Assembly (NCBI RefSeq): GCF_000341895.1
Contig: NC_020409.1
Location: forward strand, 3,242,411 to 3,274,410
Origin: Pseudodesulfovibrio piezophilus C1TLV30
GTDB taxonomy: Bacteria; Desulfobacterota; Desulfovibrionia; Desulfovibrionales; Desulfovibrionaceae
Length of the DNA: 32,000 bases
Reading direction: 5' to 3'
Shown here: in pieces, positions 24,969 to 32,000 of the stretch
How the letters are laid out: the number at the start of each line of letters is the position of its first letter
Position numbering within the stretch: position 1 is the stretch's first letter
The notes under the pieces: generated by a model
Seen by the model: only the letters and a program-made list of their open reading frames with translations
Databases searched by the model: none
Told to the model about the DNA's origin: nothing
Position numbers and translations under genes: made by a program

Positions 24969-25195
24969 CAATAAAAAAATCTTTAAATACAGGTCTTTGG
25001 GTTTGTAGAGAACTGTCTGATAATACAAAGATGTAGTGTGTAGCTTGTTGTAGGTTACACTATTGTATCTTCAAAGCAAGAGTGAAGCATAAGATCACTA
25101 ATCGGTTTCTTTTCGTGATAAACTATAGTAAAAATGTATGTGAAATTTAAAATAGTGCATTGGTTCTGTTTCATACTCGTTCAGTCTAGATAGCG

Positions 25196-25225
25196 TTGTC
25201 ACGCTTTCTGGTGTATTCGTGACAA
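25196..25225. promoter_or_regulatory. 30-bp inverted repeat TTGTCACG-N14-CGTGACAA; candidate TunR operator
   Basis: Perfect 8-bp arms at 25196-25203 and 25218-25225, ~60 bp upstream of the tunR-like ATG. Confidence 0.4.
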
Positions 25226-25283
25226 TAAATATAGACTTTACAACATTTTTTTTGTGTGCATAATGCCTCAAGGAAGGAATGCT

Positions 25284-26477
25284 ATGAGAGAGTCTTTGCA
25301 GGTTGAGAAATTTGAAAAAATGAGTGACGGGCAGCTTCTGGCCTTGCGGAACTGTCTTGATACAGTCATTTCCGCAAGGGATGGGCTGGTGGGTCAACCC
25401 GATTTCACAATGGCATCCGGCTCGCAAGCCTGTCGTTTTTTTACCGTGCCGGACGGTGTGCGACGGCTGGATAAACATCAGGTTGAACAGCTGACCAGAG
25501 CTTTTGAAGAATGGGTTGGTGAATCTCGTGATGCCCGTACCCTCAGGTCAAGAGAACGTGTTTTTATAACATTTCTTGTTCTTCGGTACACAGGAGCGCG
25601 ATTGGGCGAGGTCCAGTCTTTGGACGAGACTCGAGATATAGATTTTCAGCACTGTTTTGTCCGCCTTCCTCTGGGGACTGGTGTGCATGGGAAAAGTGGG
25701 GTGCGGGAAGTCCCCATTCCAGCGGAAGTCATGGCTCGGATCAGTGAATGGTGTGAGCGAAATGCGAGTGCCAAGTCCAACCGGAACTCCCGTGAGACCC
25801 TGTTCCATTTCGATCAGGGATTCTTGCGCCGTAAATTTCACGAACAGGAAAAGCGGTCAGGGCTGCCCCGCGAATTATTGAATCCGAGCGGTTTGCGGAA
25901 TTCCCGCGCCATTGAATTGATGCAGGGCGGTATGCCAATGCGTGCAGTACAAGCTTTGCTCGGGTATTCCAAATCGGATTTTATTTCATCATTTGTCACT
26001 CTTGCTGACAATGACTTGAAATGTGTTGTTCAGCATTATTGCAAAAAGGAATTCGGAATGGAAACAAGTGCCAGAAATACATTCAAGGGACAGGTTGTTC
26101 GCGTTCTGGCCAATCCTGTAATGTGCGAGATCGTCCTGCGCACAGAATCGGGGTATGAGGTCGCGGCCACGGTGACTAACCAGAGCCGGGAGAAGCTTGG
26201 ACTTGAAGAAGGCCGACCTGCTTCTGCCTTGATCAAAGCGACATGGGTGATCCTTGAAAAAGGTGATACGAAGCCAGAGACCAGCGCCCGGAATGCTTTC
26301 CCCGGAACCATCACCAAGGTGACCAGTGATGGTATCACTGCGGAGGTGGACGGCAGTCTGGACGATGGCACCCCCGTGTGTGCTCTGGTCACCGCAGGCA
26401 GTTTCGAAAAACTCGGTATCGGTGAAGGTGATCGGTTCATTTTCATGTTCAAGGCTATGTCTGTCATTATCAGCTAA
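25284..26477 (+). CDS. tunR: TunR-family Mo/W-responsive regulator: degenerate tyrosine-recombinase-like DNA-binding domain fused to two Mop/TOBE domains
   Basis: Integrase-like box I (LVLRYTGARLGEV) and box II (LRNSRAIELMQGGMPMRAVQALLGYS). The C-terminus has two repeats of TSARN.F.G.(V/I) Mop motifs (TSARNTFKGQVV..., TSARNAFPGTIT...). AGGAAGG RBS before ATG 25284. It lies next to modBAC. Confidence 0.75.
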   Translation: MRESLQVEKFEKMSDGQLLALRNCLDTVISARDGLVGQPDFTMASGSQACRFFTVPDGVRRLDKHQVEQLTRAFEEWVGESRDARTLRSRERVFITFLVLRYTGARLGEVQSLDETRDIDFQHCFVRLPLGTGVHGKSGVREVPIPAEVMARISEWCERNASAKSNRNSRETLFHFDQGFLRRKFHEQEKRSGLPRELLNPSGLRNSRAIELMQGGMPMRAVQALLGYSKSDFISSFVTLADNDLKCVVQHYCKKEFGMETSARNTFKGQVVRVLANPVMCEIVLRTESGYEVAATVTNQSREKLGLEEGRPASALIKATWVILEKGDTKPETSARNAFPGTITKVTSDGITAEVDGSLDDGTPVCALVTAGSFEKLGIGEGDRFIFMFKAMSVIIS

Positions 26478-26531
26478 TCGTATGGTCTGGTCCTGTCGAG
26501 CTTGATACTGTCTTAATCATTTGGGAAAAAT

Positions 26532-27221
26532 ATGAATATTGTATGGATTGATCTGACGGATTCGGCTTTTTCCGGCCCCTTACTTCTGACTCTCAAAGTG
26601 GCCGGGTTGGCGACGATTTGGTCATTGATTCTGGGAGTGGCAGCAGCGTACGCCCTGTCTCGTTGGCGTTTTTTCGGGCGTGATTTTGCGGATGCTGTCT
26701 TTACCTTGCCCATGGTCATGCCGCCGACCGTGCTCGGGTATTACCTGCTGGTGCTCATTGGTCGCAGGGGTGTCTTGGGTGAATGGCTTCAGGCGAATTT
26801 CGGCATCAGTCTCATGTTTACCTGGCAGGGAGCAGTCATCGCGGCCACGGTGGTTGCCTTTCCGCTGGTGTTCAAATCGGCGCGCGCAGCCCTGGAAGGC
26901 GTGGGGAAGCAGTACGAAAACGCCGCGCGCACCTTGGGCCAGGGGGAACTCTCGGTATTCCTCCGGGTTTCGTTGCCTCTGGCCTTTCGCGGCGTGCTGT
27001 CCGGCGGTATGCTCGCTTTTGCCCGTGCCATGGGCGAGTTCGGTGCCACCCTTATGGTGGCGGGAAATCTTCCAGGTAAGACCCAGACACTCTCTCTCGC
27101 TGTCTACTCTGCCGTTCAAGCCGGAAATGATGGGCTGGCGAACACATTGGTTTTGATTATCAGTGTGGTCTGCGTACTCATCCTCATGGCTACCAGTAAA
27201 CTCTTGCAACCTCGTTTTTAA
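26532..27221 (+). CDS. modB: Molybdate/tungstate ABC transporter permease
   Basis: 229-aa, ~5-TM protein with LPMVMPPTVLGYYLL and the EAA-like loop ENAARTLGQGELSVFLRVSLPLA, typical of ModB/CysTW permeases. Confidence 0.85.
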   Translation: MNIVWIDLTDSAFSGPLLLTLKVAGLATIWSLILGVAAAYALSRWRFFGRDFADAVFTLPMVMPPTVLGYYLLVLIGRRGVLGEWLQANFGISLMFTWQGAVIAATVVAFPLVFKSARAALEGVGKQYENAARTLGQGELSVFLRVSLPLAFRGVLSGGMLAFARAMGEFGATLMVAGNLPGKTQTLSLAVYSAVQAGNDGLANTLVLIISVVCVLILMATSKLLQPRF

Positions 27222-27242
27222 CCACCATTCAAGGAGTTCCCA

Positions 27243-28007
27243 ATGAAACGTTGTCATGTCTTTGTCTTGTGCCTGTTCTCGCTGACTCTTGTTTTCGGAA
27301 GTTCTCAGGCTGCTCAGGCTCAGGAGTTGATTGTGTCGGCTGCGGCCAGTCTTACCGATGCCTTCAGCGATATTGAACCAGCTTTTGAAAAAGCGCACCC
27401 TGGTGTTGATGTCATCATGAATTTTGCTTCATCCGGGGCTTTGTTTCGTCAGATAGAACAGGGCGCACCGGCTGATGTTTATGCTTCTGCCAACCCCAAA
27501 TGGATGCGCAAAGCCGTGGAAAAAGGCTTTGTCGCTCAGGATGACGTCCAGGTCTTTGCCCGTAATTCACTGGTTTTGGCTACTCCTTCGGATAATCCGG
27601 CCGGTGTGAAAACGTTGGCTGACCTGACCGGTCCGTCAGTGAAATCCATTGGTATCGGTACACCTGAGACCGTCCCTGCCGGGCAGTATGCCAAGGGTGC
27701 ATTGACAGCCAAGTCCCTGTACGCCACATTGACTCCGAAGATGATTTTCGGTGAATCTGTTCGTCAGGTTCTGGACTACTTATCCCGTGGCGAAGTCGAT
27801 TGTGGTTTCGTCTACGGCACTGATGCTGTCAAAGCTGGAAAAAGTGTCCGTATTATCGAGGAAGTTCCTCTGGAGAAGCCTGTGACCTATCCCATCTCAG
27901 TGCTCAAGAATTCCGGTGTTTCAGATATGGCCAAGGCATTCGTGGACTTTGTCCGCAGTGATGCTGGTGCTTCCTTGTTGGAAGGCCGTGGTTTCAAGCG
28001 TCCTTAA
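27243..28007 (+). CDS. modA: Molybdate/tungstate ABC transporter periplasmic binding protein
   Basis: Signal peptide (...SSQAAQA), then LIVSAAASLTDAF...NFASSGALFRQIEQGAPADVYASAN, the ModA signature region. AAGGAG RBS. Confidence 0.85.
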   Translation: MKRCHVFVLCLFSLTLVFGSSQAAQAQELIVSAAASLTDAFSDIEPAFEKAHPGVDVIMNFASSGALFRQIEQGAPADVYASANPKWMRKAVEKGFVAQDDVQVFARNSLVLATPSDNPAGVKTLADLTGPSVKSIGIGTPETVPAGQYAKGALTAKSLYATLTPKMIFGESVRQVLDYLSRGEVDCGFVYGTDAVKAGKSVRIIEEVPLEKPVTYPISVLKNSGVSDMAKAFVDFVRSDAGASLLEGRGFKRP

Positions 28008-28025
28008 GAGGAAATCCGAGTCTTC

Positions 28026-28769
28026 ATGAAATTTGAACTTGATATATCAAAACGACTGAACGGCGGAGGAGACGAATTTCTCCTCCGCTCCCGGTTTTCG
28101 ACCACTGATCGGGCCTTGGTGCTTTTCGGGCCGTCCGGGTCGGGAAAAACACTGACGCTTCGTTCCATTGCCGGATTGCTTACGCCGGATGACGGCTACA
28201 TAAAGGTCAATGGCGAAGTGATCTTTGATGCCAAAGCCGGGATCAATGTGCCGACGCGTGAGCGAAATGTCGGCTATGTCTTTCAGGATTATGCGCTTTT
28301 TCCCCATCTGACGGTGCGGGAGAATATAGCCTTTGGGCTTAAGCCTCTTTTCGGCAGGTTGAGCGGGAAGAAGCAACGGCATGTGGAAGATCTCATTGCG
28401 GTTTTTGGATTGGAGAAGGTCGCCGGGCAAAAGCCCGGTGCGATGTCCGGCGGGCAGCAACAACGGACTGCGCTCGCTCGGGCGTTGGCCACGTCGCCGA
28501 AGCTGCTCTTGCTTGACGAGCCTTTTAGCGCGCTTGATCAGCCTTTACGTTTGCGGATGCGGACCGAGCTTGCAAGAGTTCTGGAAACATTCGATATTCC
28601 AATGATCATGGTCACGCATGATTCTGATGAAGTGGAATCTTTTGCTGAAACCATCGTCGTTTACAGGAATGGAAGCGTGGAAGACGTCCATTCGGCCCGC
28701 AAGTTTATTGATTCCGGTGAGAGCATGACAGAAGCCCTCTGTCGACAGGTTGCCCGCTCCTACGATTAG
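28026..28769 (+). CDS. modC: ABC transporter ATP-binding protein of the mod system (no C-terminal TOBE domain)
   Basis: Walker A (GPSGSGKT), signature (MSGGQQQR), Walker B (LLLLDEPFSALD). The protein ends ~20 aa after the H-loop region. Confidence 0.8.
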   Translation: MKFELDISKRLNGGGDEFLLRSRFSTTDRALVLFGPSGSGKTLTLRSIAGLLTPDDGYIKVNGEVIFDAKAGINVPTRERNVGYVFQDYALFPHLTVRENIAFGLKPLFGRLSGKKQRHVEDLIAVFGLEKVAGQKPGAMSGGQQQRTALARALATSPKLLLLDEPFSALDQPLRLRMRTELARVLETFDIPMIMVTHDSDEVESFAETIVVYRNGSVEDVHSARKFIDSGESMTEALCRQVARSYD

Positions 28770-28790
28770 TTCGGAGCCACGGGTTTTTTA
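28753..28790 (+). terminator. Possible Rho-independent terminator at the end of modC
   Basis: CCCGCTCC (28753-28760) pairs with GGAG-cca-CGGG (28773-28783) and is followed by TTTTTTA. The stem is interrupted by a 3-nt bulge. Confidence 0.45.
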
Positions 28791-28867
28791 TCTTATTCCC
28801 TGAATGAGGGGAGGAGTGTTTCTCTGTGCTTCCCCTTTCGTTTCTTCTTCTTCTTCTTTTTTGGGCA

Positions 28868-29896
28868 TTACCGATGTTTTTCATAGATCATGAGGCCGAT
28901 GAGGGCTGCCAGGAGTGCAGTCCATATGACGGCTGCCCTGACGGTTGCGGCCTTTGCTCGTTCCTTGTCACCCCATGAAAGCGGGCGGATACCTTGAAGA
29001 AGAAAGGTGACCACTCCCGCGAGGTTGAGGCAGATGATATTCGTAGTGAAGAGCATTGCGGCCCCGCCTGCTTCTCCGAGCATCCCAGCGCCCAGGAACA
29101 GACCGCTGGCCGTGAGAGGGGGAAGCAACGCAAGGGCGACCATGACGCCGACCAGTGAAGTCGGGACGCCAAGAGTGAAGGAGATGATGCCTGCCCCCCC
29201 TGAGACGATTGCCAGAATGATGTCGGAGAAAGTGGTGTTGCTTCGGGTCATTAACTCCTCTGTGGGAGATGTGTTGCCGAGAACCAGTCCTGTCAAGAGG
29301 GCGAGTAGGAAACAGAGAGTGATGCCGACTGTCAGGGTCTTGAGCGATTCTTTTGCCAGTTTGGAATCTCCGAGGGTCGTCGCCAGTGACAGGCCGACAT
29401 TAGGACCAAGCAGGGGGGCGAGCACCATGGCCCCGATGATGATTGCCACATTGTCCCTCAGCAGGCCAATTATGGCGACCAGTGAGGAGAAGATGACGAG
29501 CATGACGTAGTTCTTTGAAAGAACCGTGGTGTCCAGTATATCGGTATAGAGCTCCTCTCTGCTGATTCTATTCTGTTTCTTGTCTTCAGACTCTTTGGTT
29601 TCGTTGCTCTTTTCGTCTTTCTCTTTGGAAAGTTGGTCGAGACGAGGGATAGTCGCTTCGGCTGGATAGACGACAATGCGATACTGATCTGTCCAGGCAA
29701 AGAGGTTTTCGAGCTTGTCCATGACATTTTCCGATTCCTGAACATCAAGGATGATTCGAAACGAGAGCGCTTCTTCGTCTTCAAGAGGTGATGCCCAATA
29801 GACATATCCTTGGTCTGTCTGATGTTCCTCCAAAGAGTGAACCACTTGGTCCTTATCAGACCGCGGAGTGACTATTTCAATGACGCGCAATGGCAT
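28868..29896 (-). CDS. DUF389/TIGR00341-like membrane protein (soluble N-terminal domain plus hydrophobic C-terminal domain)
   Basis: The N-terminus (LRVIEIVTPRSDKDQV...) is followed by an acidic/Lys-rich linker and ~6 TM helices. AAGAGG RBS. The family call is from memory of the architecture only. Confidence 0.55.
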   Translation of the reverse strand: MPLRVIEIVTPRSDKDQVVHSLEEHQTDQGYVYWASPLEDEEALSFRIILDVQESENVMDKLENLFAWTDQYRIVVYPAEATIPRLDQLSKEKDEKSNETKESEDKKQNRISREELYTDILDTTVLSKNYVMLVIFSSLVAIIGLLRDNVAIIIGAMVLAPLLGPNVGLSLATTLGDSKLAKESLKTLTVGITLCFLLALLTGLVLGNTSPTEELMTRSNTTFSDIILAIVSGGAGIISFTLGVPTSLVGVMVALALLPPLTASGLFLGAGMLGEAGGAAMLFTTNIICLNLAGVVTFLLQGIRPLSWGDKERAKAATVRAAVIWTALLAALIGLMIYEKHR

Positions 29897-29931
29897 GGGG
29901 CGACCTCTTGGTGAACGTTTTGTAAATGACC

Positions 29932-30147
29932 TCAGAGAGGTAGCATAAAGGAAAGGGCGAGTACATGTGTCCGGCGCACTGTGGCGAGCTCAGGGAAAAG
30001 GTTGTTGGGAAGGGTTTTTGATTCTTTTTTACATTTTTTGTCAATGGAGTTTCCAATATCGGGAAAAATGATTTTCTTAACTTCTTTTAAGGTGTCTTCT
30101 TTTGCAAATTTGATAATAGTCATTCTATTGTGTACTGCTTTCAACAT
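29932..30147 (-). CDS. Small hypothetical ORF (71 aa) in a low-GC patch; possibly a gene remnant
   Basis: The frame stays open 18 codons upstream of the ATG (…LIPLKKLDKEQFQHES-MLKAVHNRMTIIKFAKEDTLKEVKK), with no ATG or clear RBS there. There is no family recognition. Confidence 0.2.
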   Translation of the reverse strand: MLKAVHNRMTIIKFAKEDTLKEVKKIIFPDIGNSIDKKCKKESKTLPNNLFPELATVRRTHVLALSFMLPL

Positions 30148-30265
30148 GCTTTCATGTTGGAATTGTTCTTTATCGAGTTTTTTTAGTGGAATCAGTATGT
30201 GTCAAAATGATGGTGAACAGCCTTTTGGATGGCTTTCTTGATTTGTGTGGGATTGATCGAAGACC

Positions 30266-30395
30266 TCATCGGTATGGTTCTGCCGAGTCTTGGGGCTGGC
30301 CCTTCCTTTTGTTTGGTCCGTAAAATCCGCTGAGCGACATGGTTCTGTAGAGCCTGCTCAGTGACGGTGAAAACTCATGAAAGCCCGGAGGGGAA
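30266..30395 (+). ncRNA. Candidate Moco (molybdenum cofactor) riboswitch in the 5' leader of the molybdopterin oxidoreductase gene
   Basis: Contains CCGAG (30283-30287) and GGUCCGUAAAAUCCGCUGAGCGAC (30315-30338). A stem CCGCUGAGC (30327-30335) / GCUCAG-UGA-CGG (30356-30367) is present, and a purine-rich 3' end (GAAAGCCCGGAGGGG) includes the RBS. This resembles my recollection of the Moco RNA motif, and the genomic context fits. Confidence 0.5.
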
Positions 30396-30401
30396 TTCTG
30401 A

Positions 30402-32000
30402 ATGAGCAGGGTTGAAATCAAGACCAGTTGCACCCGTGATTGTCCGAATACCTGCGGACTTGTCGCCACTGTCGCGGATGGGCGGTTAGTCAAGTTGGCG
30501 GGAGATCCTTGCCATCCTTTGACCAAAGGAGTGGCCTGTCACAAAACAGCCAAATACATTCACCGTGTCTACAGCCCGGAGCGGATAGTTCATCCCATGC
30601 TCAAGGAGGGGGGGAGGTGGCGGCAGGCTTCGTGGGATGAAGTGTTTGACTTGATAGCAGATCGCCTGAAGATCACCGTAGCTGAATCGGGGCCGGAGGC
30701 CATCCTGTATTATCAGGGGAATGGTGAGCGGACCGCACTCAAATTGCTCAACAAGTATTTCTTCAACCTCATGGGTGGTGTCACAACCATGCGTGGATCG
30801 CTGTGCGGTGGAGCCGGGCAGGGCGCACAAGAACTTGATTTGGGAAAACGCATATCCCATGACCCGTTAGACCATGGAAACAGTCGATCGATCATTCTCT
30901 GGGCACGCAATCCTGTTTCCACCAATATCAGCCTGGTCCCTCTTGTCCGTACAATCAAAAAGCGGGGTGGCACGGTCATTGTCATTGACCCGGTGCGAAG
31001 CCGGTCTGCGGCCCTTGGAGACCGCCATATTGCTCCCACTCCAGGTGGGGATGGCTATCTTGCCATGGCTGCGGCAAAACTGATTCTGGCTGCCGGTGCC
31101 GAAGATCGGGAGTTCTTGTTCACGTATTCTGTTGGCTTTGAAGCCTATCAGGCGATTTTGAATCGGTTCAGCGTGGAAGAACTGTGTTCTCTCGCTGGAG
31201 TCTCGGTAATGGATGCGACTTTCCTCGCCGATACTTTGGTACGGGAAAAACCCACGGCGACGCTCCTGGGGTGGGGGGTGCATCGTTATGAACATGCGCA
31301 CTATTCGATTCGGCCTATCGATGCACTCGGCGCTCTCAGTGGCAATATCGGTGTCGCGGGCGGTGGAGTCAGTCAGGGATTCGAAGAGTATGCGCCATAT
31401 GATCAGACGTATTGGGGGGATGAACTCAATCCTCCACGTCGGACCTTCCTGCATCCCAAGTTGGGAGAGGAAATTCTCGGTGCGACCAATCCGCCAATTC
31501 GCATGATCTATGTGACTTCCGGTAATCCGGTCTGTATGGCTCCACATTCCTGCAAAGTGCGACAAGCGTTCGGACGTGCTGAATTCATGGTTTATTCCGG
31601 TCATTTCATGGACGATACAGCAAGTTTGGCAGATGTTTTTTTACCGGCGACAACCTTTCTTGAAGAAAACGATATTGTCGCAGGATATGGCCATAATTTT
31701 GTGGGAGCGGTGAATCAGGTTATTCCCCCTGTGGGCGAGTGTCTGTCTGAATTTCACATGTTCCATGCGTTGGCGGAGCGGTTCCCGTTTGCTGGACGTT
31801 TTCAACGCCCGGTCGATGCATGGTTGCAGGATATCTGTGCTCCTCTCTGGGCTCAGGGAACATCACTTGAAGCGGTCAGAGAGGGGGCGTTTCGCATGGA
31901 TGCTCCGATGGTTCCCTATGCGGATAAGACGTTTCCCACAGAATCGGGAAAATTTCAGTTCATGACCGAATTCGATCCCATGGAACAGATTGTTTCGGAT
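30402..32000 (+). CDS. Cytoplasmic molybdopterin (MopB superfamily) oxidoreductase, 3' end outside the window
   Basis: Not in the ORF track because there is no stop in the window. My translation from ATG 30402 (GGAGGGG RBS) stays open for 533 codons: MSRVEIKTSCTRDCPNTCGLVATVADGRLVKLAGDPCHPLTKGVAC (N-terminal 4-Cys Fe-S motif), ...ILWARNP..., ...GNIGVAGGGV..., ...VTSGNPV.... No Tat signal. Confidence 0.85.
   Translation, partial: MSRVEIKTSCTRDCPNTCGLVATVADGRLVKLAGDPCHPLTKGVACHKTAKYIHRVYSPERIVHPMLKEGGRWRQASWDEVFDLIADRLKITVAESGPEAILYYQGNGERTALKLLNKYFFNLMGGVTTMRGSLCGGAGQGAQELDLGKRISHDPLDHGNSRSIILWARNPVSTNISLVPLVRTIKKRGGTVIVIDPVRSRSAALGDRHIAPTPGGDGYLAMAAAKLILAAGAEDREFLFTYSVGFEAYQAILNRFSVEELCSLAGVSVMDATFLADTLVREKPTATLLGWGVHRYEHAHYSIRPIDALGALSGNIGVAGGGVSQGFEEYAPYDQTYWGDELNPPRRTFLHPKLGEEILGATNPPIRMIYVTSGNPVCMAPHSCKVRQAFGRAEFMVYSGHFMDDTASLADVFLPATTFLEENDIVAGYGHNFVGAVNQVIPPVGECLSEFHMFHALAERFPFAGRFQRPVDAWLQDICAPLWAQGTSLEAVREGAFRMDAPMVPYADKTFPTESGKFQFMTEFDPMEQIVSD

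Noticed and set aside
25284-26040. A phage-integrase-like domain that might mark a mobile element or island boundary
   Set aside because: The catalytic His and Tyr positions are substituted, the domain is fused to Mop domains, and it sits next to modBAC. There are no att-like repeats or a tRNA nearby. This fits the TunR regulator family rather than a recombinase.
26622-27398. 258-aa minus-strand ORF
   Set aside because: It is antisense to modB/modA, with an Arg/His/Gly-rich shadow translation.
28842-28856. (TTC)5 microsatellite in the T-rich spacer between modC and the DUF389 gene
   Set aside because: It is a short simple repeat in a pyrimidine-rich terminator region, with no evidence of phase-variable function because it is not in a coding or promoter-spacer position.
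30486-31604. Minus-strand ORFs of 124, 108 and 245 aa, the only long ORFs the track lists in this region
   Set aside because: The plus strand from 30402 is open to the window end and encodes a clear MopB oxidoreductase. The track omitted it because there is no stop in the window, and the minus-strand ORFs are its shadows.

Overview
This 32-kb chromosomal window has the gene content of a sulfate-reducing deltaproteobacterium. That placement is an inference from a TunR-type regulator, a periplasmic selenocysteine FdhAB and several sigma-54 activators; NhaB hints at a marine host. I saw no rRNA, tRNA, CRISPR, IS or prophage features. Left part: a partial HAMP-PP2C phosphatase, then a Mo/W block of an FmdE-MoCF fusion, a ModE-N-like HTH protein, selenocysteine formate dehydrogenase fdhA (in-frame TGA at 4111-4113 joins two track ORFs), fdhB, fdhE and fdhD. 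Middle: an acyltransferase-3 gene, then a tightly coupled five-gene minus-strand cassette (90-aa protein, Cys/His-rich 135-aa ORF, GNAT, paralogous 90-aa protein, SET-domain methyltransferase). The cassette sits behind a textbook -24/-12 sigma-54 promoter with three copies of a palindromic upstream motif, next to an orphan sigma-54 activator with a degenerate receiver. NhaB, a TrkA-C-containing SLC13 permease and a USP-like protein follow. Right part: a Lon protease that lacks its N domain and carries a complete receiver domain inserted just before the Walker A strand. It is convergent with a HAMP histidine kinase / NtrC-type regulator pair and a TrmO-like gene. After that come TunR-modBAC, a DUF389-like membrane protein, and a candidate Moco riboswitch in front of a cytoplasmic molybdopterin oxidoreductase that runs off the window and is absent from the ORF track. 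The best candidates for new biology are the REC-inserted Lon with its two-component neighbours and the sigma-54-controlled SET/GNAT cassette.
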